Origin: Gemmatimonadales bacterium
Lineage (GTDB): Bacteria > Gemmatimonadota > Gemmatimonadetes > Gemmatimonadales > GWC2-71-9
Direction of reading: 5' to 3'
DNA: 64,000 nucleotides
NCBI GenBank assembly: GCA_046262715.1
Contig: JBHEMG010000045.1
Span: 986 to 64,985, forward strand
Every line of letters starts with the position of its first letter. The stretch's first letter is position 1. A program made the translations under genes and the position numbers. Under the pieces are notes generated by a model. The model saw only the letters and a program-made list of their open reading frames with translations. It was not told the origin of the DNA and did no database searches. Shown here in pieces: positions 61,546 through 64,000 of the stretch.

Positions 61546-62748
61546 ATGCTTCGTATCCGCGCCGGTCTTGTTCATCCAATAACCGCACCCGCGATTCAAG
61601 ACGGCGCCCTCCTTGTTGATGACGCGGGCACCATAGCGGCGGTTGGACCTCATTCGCGTGTCCCCAATCCACCCCATATCGAGTCCCTGGAGTTTCCAGA
61701 GGACATGCTGGTCCCGGGCCTCGTCAATTGCCATACCCACCTCGAGCTCACGCACCTGGGCGGCGGCGCACGGCACGACGAGCCGCAGTTCACCGCCTGG
61801 ATTCGACGCGTCCGCGCGCTGAAGGACAAGACGAGTGCCGAGGAGTTCTACGAGGCTGCCGTCGCGGGGGTGCGCGATTGCTGGTCGCGCGGTGTCACGT
61901 GCATCGCGGAGACGGGGAGCACCGGGGCGGTGATGCGAGCGCTGCACGACCTCGGGGGGCGAGGGATTGTGTATCAGGAGGTGTTTGGTCCTGATCCACG
62001 CCAATGCGCTGTCAGTATGCAGGAGCTTGAGACCGCGGTCTTGCAGCTTCGCCGGCTTGCAACTGCGCAACTCGTTCTCGGCATTTCGCCCCACGCGCCG
62101 TACACCGTCAGCGCTGCGCTGTACGATGCCGTCGGAGCGTACGCGCGCCTGGAACATCTCCCCCTCGCGGTGCACGTCGCCGAGTCGATCGAAGAGACCG
62201 CGCTGATCCAGCAGGGCGAGGGGCCGTTTGCGGAGGCGTTGCGGGCGCGCGGCATCGCCGTCGAGGCGCGACACTGCTCCCCGGTAGAACACCTCATGCG
62301 TCACGGCGTGCTCCGTCGCGGCACCCTGTGCATTCATTGCGTGCAGGTGAACGAAGCCGATGTGGAGGTGCTGCGGGTGCTGGGGGCGACTGTCGCGCAC
62401 TGCCCGCGCTCCAACGCCGCGCACCGCCATGGCCGATTGCCGCTGCGGCTGTTCGGCGCCGCGCGGGTCCCGGTTGGTCTGGGGACCGACTCCGTCGTCA
62501 GCGTGGGTGACCTGGATCTCTGGGCGGAAGCAGAGGCGGTCGGGGTGAGCGGTGAGCACGCGCTGGGACTGCTTACTATAGAAGGCGCGCGCGCCCTTGG
62601 CTGGCAGTCAGAGATCGGTTCGCTCGAGCCGGGGAAATCAGCGGATTTGGCAGTGTTTCCCCTCGCCGTTGCCCCCCTCTCCACGACACGCGCTGCGCAG
62701 CTCACAGTGGTCAGCGGTCGCATCGTGCACCACATTTCCGCCCCATGA
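61546..62748 (+). CDS. Amidohydrolase-superfamily protein (nucleobase/nucleoside deaminase- or chlorohydrolase-like)
   Basis: The 400-aa ORF has the metal-binding motif VNCHTHLELT and later conserved His and Asp residues (AVHVAES, HCV, GTDS). I cannot assign a substrate. Confidence 0.75.
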   Translation: MLRIRAGLVHPITAPAIQDGALLVDDAGTIAAVGPHSRVPNPPHIESLEFPEDMLVPGLVNCHTHLELTHLGGGARHDEPQFTAWIRRVRALKDKTSAEEFYEAAVAGVRDCWSRGVTCIAETGSTGAVMRALHDLGGRGIVYQEVFGPDPRQCAVSMQELETAVLQLRRLATAQLVLGISPHAPYTVSAALYDAVGAYARLEHLPLAVHVAESIEETALIQQGEGPFAEALRARGIAVEARHCSPVEHLMRHGVLRRGTLCIHCVQVNEADVEVLRVLGATVAHCPRSNAAHRHGRLPLRLFGAARVPVGLGTDSVVSVGDLDLWAEAEAVGVSGEHALGLLTIEGARALGWQSEIGSLEPGKSADLAVFPLAVAPLSTTRAAQLTVVSGRIVHHISAP

Positions 62749-63203
62749 AAACGCAGCGTCACGCGGCCATCCTGCGGATCGTGCGGCAGGAGACGGTAGG
62801 CAGCCAGGAGCAGCTGCGCGAACGACTCAAGGCCGAGGGCTACAACGTGACCCAGGCGACGCTGTCGCGCGACATCCGTGAGCTCGGACTGGCGAAGGTC
62901 GCCGCGCCGGATGGCGGATCCCATTATTCCAGCGCATCGGAGGGCGGCCCCGGCGTCCGCCCGCACCTCGAGCAGCTTCTCCCCACGATGCTCGTCTCCG
63001 CCGAAGGCGTCGGTCCGCTGCTCGTGCTCAAGACCACGACGGGTGCCGCGCAGGCGCTCGGCCTCGCCATCGACGGCGCCGGCTGGAACGAAATCATCGG
63101 CACCATCGCCGGCGACGATGCCATTCTCGTCATCACTCGCAGCGAGCGAGGCCGCCGCGCCGTACAGGTGCGGTTGCAAGAGCTCGCGGGACTCCCCGCA
63201 TGA
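62745..63203 (+). CDS. argR: Arginine repressor
   Basis: The 152-aa ORF has an N-terminal winged helix (QATLSRDIRELGL) and the C-terminal oligomerisation/arginine-binding motif GTIAGDDAILVI. It has an ATGA overlap upstream. Confidence 0.9.
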   Translation: MKTQRHAAILRIVRQETVGSQEQLRERLKAEGYNVTQATLSRDIRELGLAKVAAPDGGSHYSSASEGGPGVRPHLEQLLPTMLVSAEGVGPLLVLKTTTGAAQALGLAIDGAGWNEIIGTIAGDDAILVITRSERGRRAVQVRLQELAGLPA

Positions 63204-63928
63204 ACGTGCCGCACATCCGTACTCTTCTCGTCGCCGGCCTGCTCGCGGCGAGCGCGCGCTGTCAAACGCACCAGCAGCCGGCGCCGGAGGAGCGCGCCGC
63301 ACCCAACGCGTTGACCGAGGCGGAGCGATCGGCCGGTTGGAAGCTGCTGTTCGACGGGACGTCGACCACGGGGTGGCGCAACTATGGCAAGCCGGCGATG
63401 TCCGACGGGTGGGTCGTGCAGGATGGCGCGCTGACTCGCGTTGGGGCGGGCGGCGACATCATCACCACCGACGAGTTTCGCAACTTCGAGCTGAGCATCG
63501 ACTGGAAGATCGAGCCCGGCGGCAACAGCGGCATCTTCTATCGGGTAGCCGAGGATACGGACGAGATCTACTGGAACGCCCCCGAGATGCAGGTGCTGGA
63601 CGATGCGAAACATCCCGACGGCAAGGCGCCGGAGACCTCGGCGGGCGCGGCGTACGACCTCTATCCGGCTGTTCGGGGGCATGTGAAGCCGGGCGGTGAA
63701 TGGAACAGCGCGCGGCTCGTGGTCAACGGCAATCACGTCGAGCATTGGCTCAACGGCTTCAAGGTGACGGAGTATGAGCTCGGCAGCCGAGACTGGGATT
63801 CGAAAATCGCGGGCAGCAAGTTCAGGCCGCATCCGCGCTTCGGCAAAAATCCCCAGGGCCACATCGGGCTGCAGGATCACGGTAACGTCGTGGCCTTCCG
63901 CAACATCAAGATCCGGGTATTGCCGTGA
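63200..63928 (+). CDS. DUF1080 (3-keto-disaccharide hydrolase-like) family secreted protein
   Basis: The 242-aa ORF has a signal peptide and the segments GWKLLFDGTSTTGWR, FELSIDWKI, NSGIFYR and IGLQDHGNVVAFRNIKI. Confidence 0.85.
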   Translation: MNVPHIRTLLVAGLLAASARCQTHQQPAPEERAAPNALTEAERSAGWKLLFDGTSTTGWRNYGKPAMSDGWVVQDGALTRVGAGGDIITTDEFRNFELSIDWKIEPGGNSGIFYRVAEDTDEIYWNAPEMQVLDDAKHPDGKAPETSAGAAYDLYPAVRGHVKPGGEWNSARLVVNGNHVEHWLNGFKVTEYELGSRDWDSKIAGSKFRPHPRFGKNPQGHIGLQDHGNVVAFRNIKIRVLP

Positions 63929-64000
63929 GTCGCCGGCGTCTGACGCGGCGGCGCTTCGTGGGTGACGTCGCGACTACCCTTGCGTTCACGATCGTGCCCC
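63925..64000 (+). CDS. Start of a Tat-signal-bearing protein (gene truncated by the window end; possibly a Gfo/Idh/MocA-type oxidoreductase)
   Basis: The GTG at 63925 forms a GTGA overlap with the DUF1080 stop. The translation VSRRRLTRRRFVGDVATTLAFTIVP has a twin-arginine-like RRRF motif followed by a hydrophobic stretch. The family guess rests only on the frequent DUF1080-oxidoreductase pairing. Confidence 0.4.
   Translation, partial: MSRRRLTRRRFVGDVATTLAFTIVP

Overview
This is a high-GC (by eye roughly two-thirds G+C, not computed), very gene-dense bacterial chromosomal segment. I can support about 62 protein-coding genes. By eye I found no rRNA, tRNA, CRISPR array, transposase, integrase or phage genes.

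Content is mainly housekeeping:
- aroB, an Omp85 protein plus TamB, and acpS
- one uninterrupted minus-strand array: yebC-ruvC-ruvA-ruvB-queA-tgt-yajC-def-fmt-thiESG-rsmB-rpe-tsaD-lgt
- tyrS, PBP1A and argR
- a roughly 12-kb envelope-glycan cluster with a GT9 heptosyltransferase, an MsbA-like exporter, GT2 and GT4 enzymes and a GT-C enzyme

The gene content indicates a diderm. A PorX-like regulator and a T9SS/FlgD-Ig-like C-terminal domain suggest an FCB-group or Gemmatimonadota-like organism (inference only).

Organisation is unusual:
- Most co-directional junctions are 4-nt ATGA/GTGA or 1-nt overlaps.
- Every convergent junction overlaps, three of them through a shared CTAG.
- Divergent gaps are only 15-60 bp.
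- Operon-leading genes repeatedly have a TAnnnT hexamer 6-10 nt before the start codon, which suggests leaderless mRNAs.

I do not see a classical defence or mobile island. The most unusual items are:
- a dyad-symmetric heptamer array filling the only gap of the 20-gene array
- an unannotated zinc-ribbon gene between ruvA and ruvB
- a kinase-less tri-PASTA protein at the PrkC position
- a DnaB C-terminal-domain-only ATPase operon
- a PorX-like REC-PglZ regulator
- a patatin-ferredoxin fusion
- a cytochrome c-FTR1 fusion
- a TyrRS whose HIGH motif reads QLGN
- an 8-Cys mini-protein
- a DnaA-box cluster

All calls rest on reading the translations and the sequence by hand. No searches were run.
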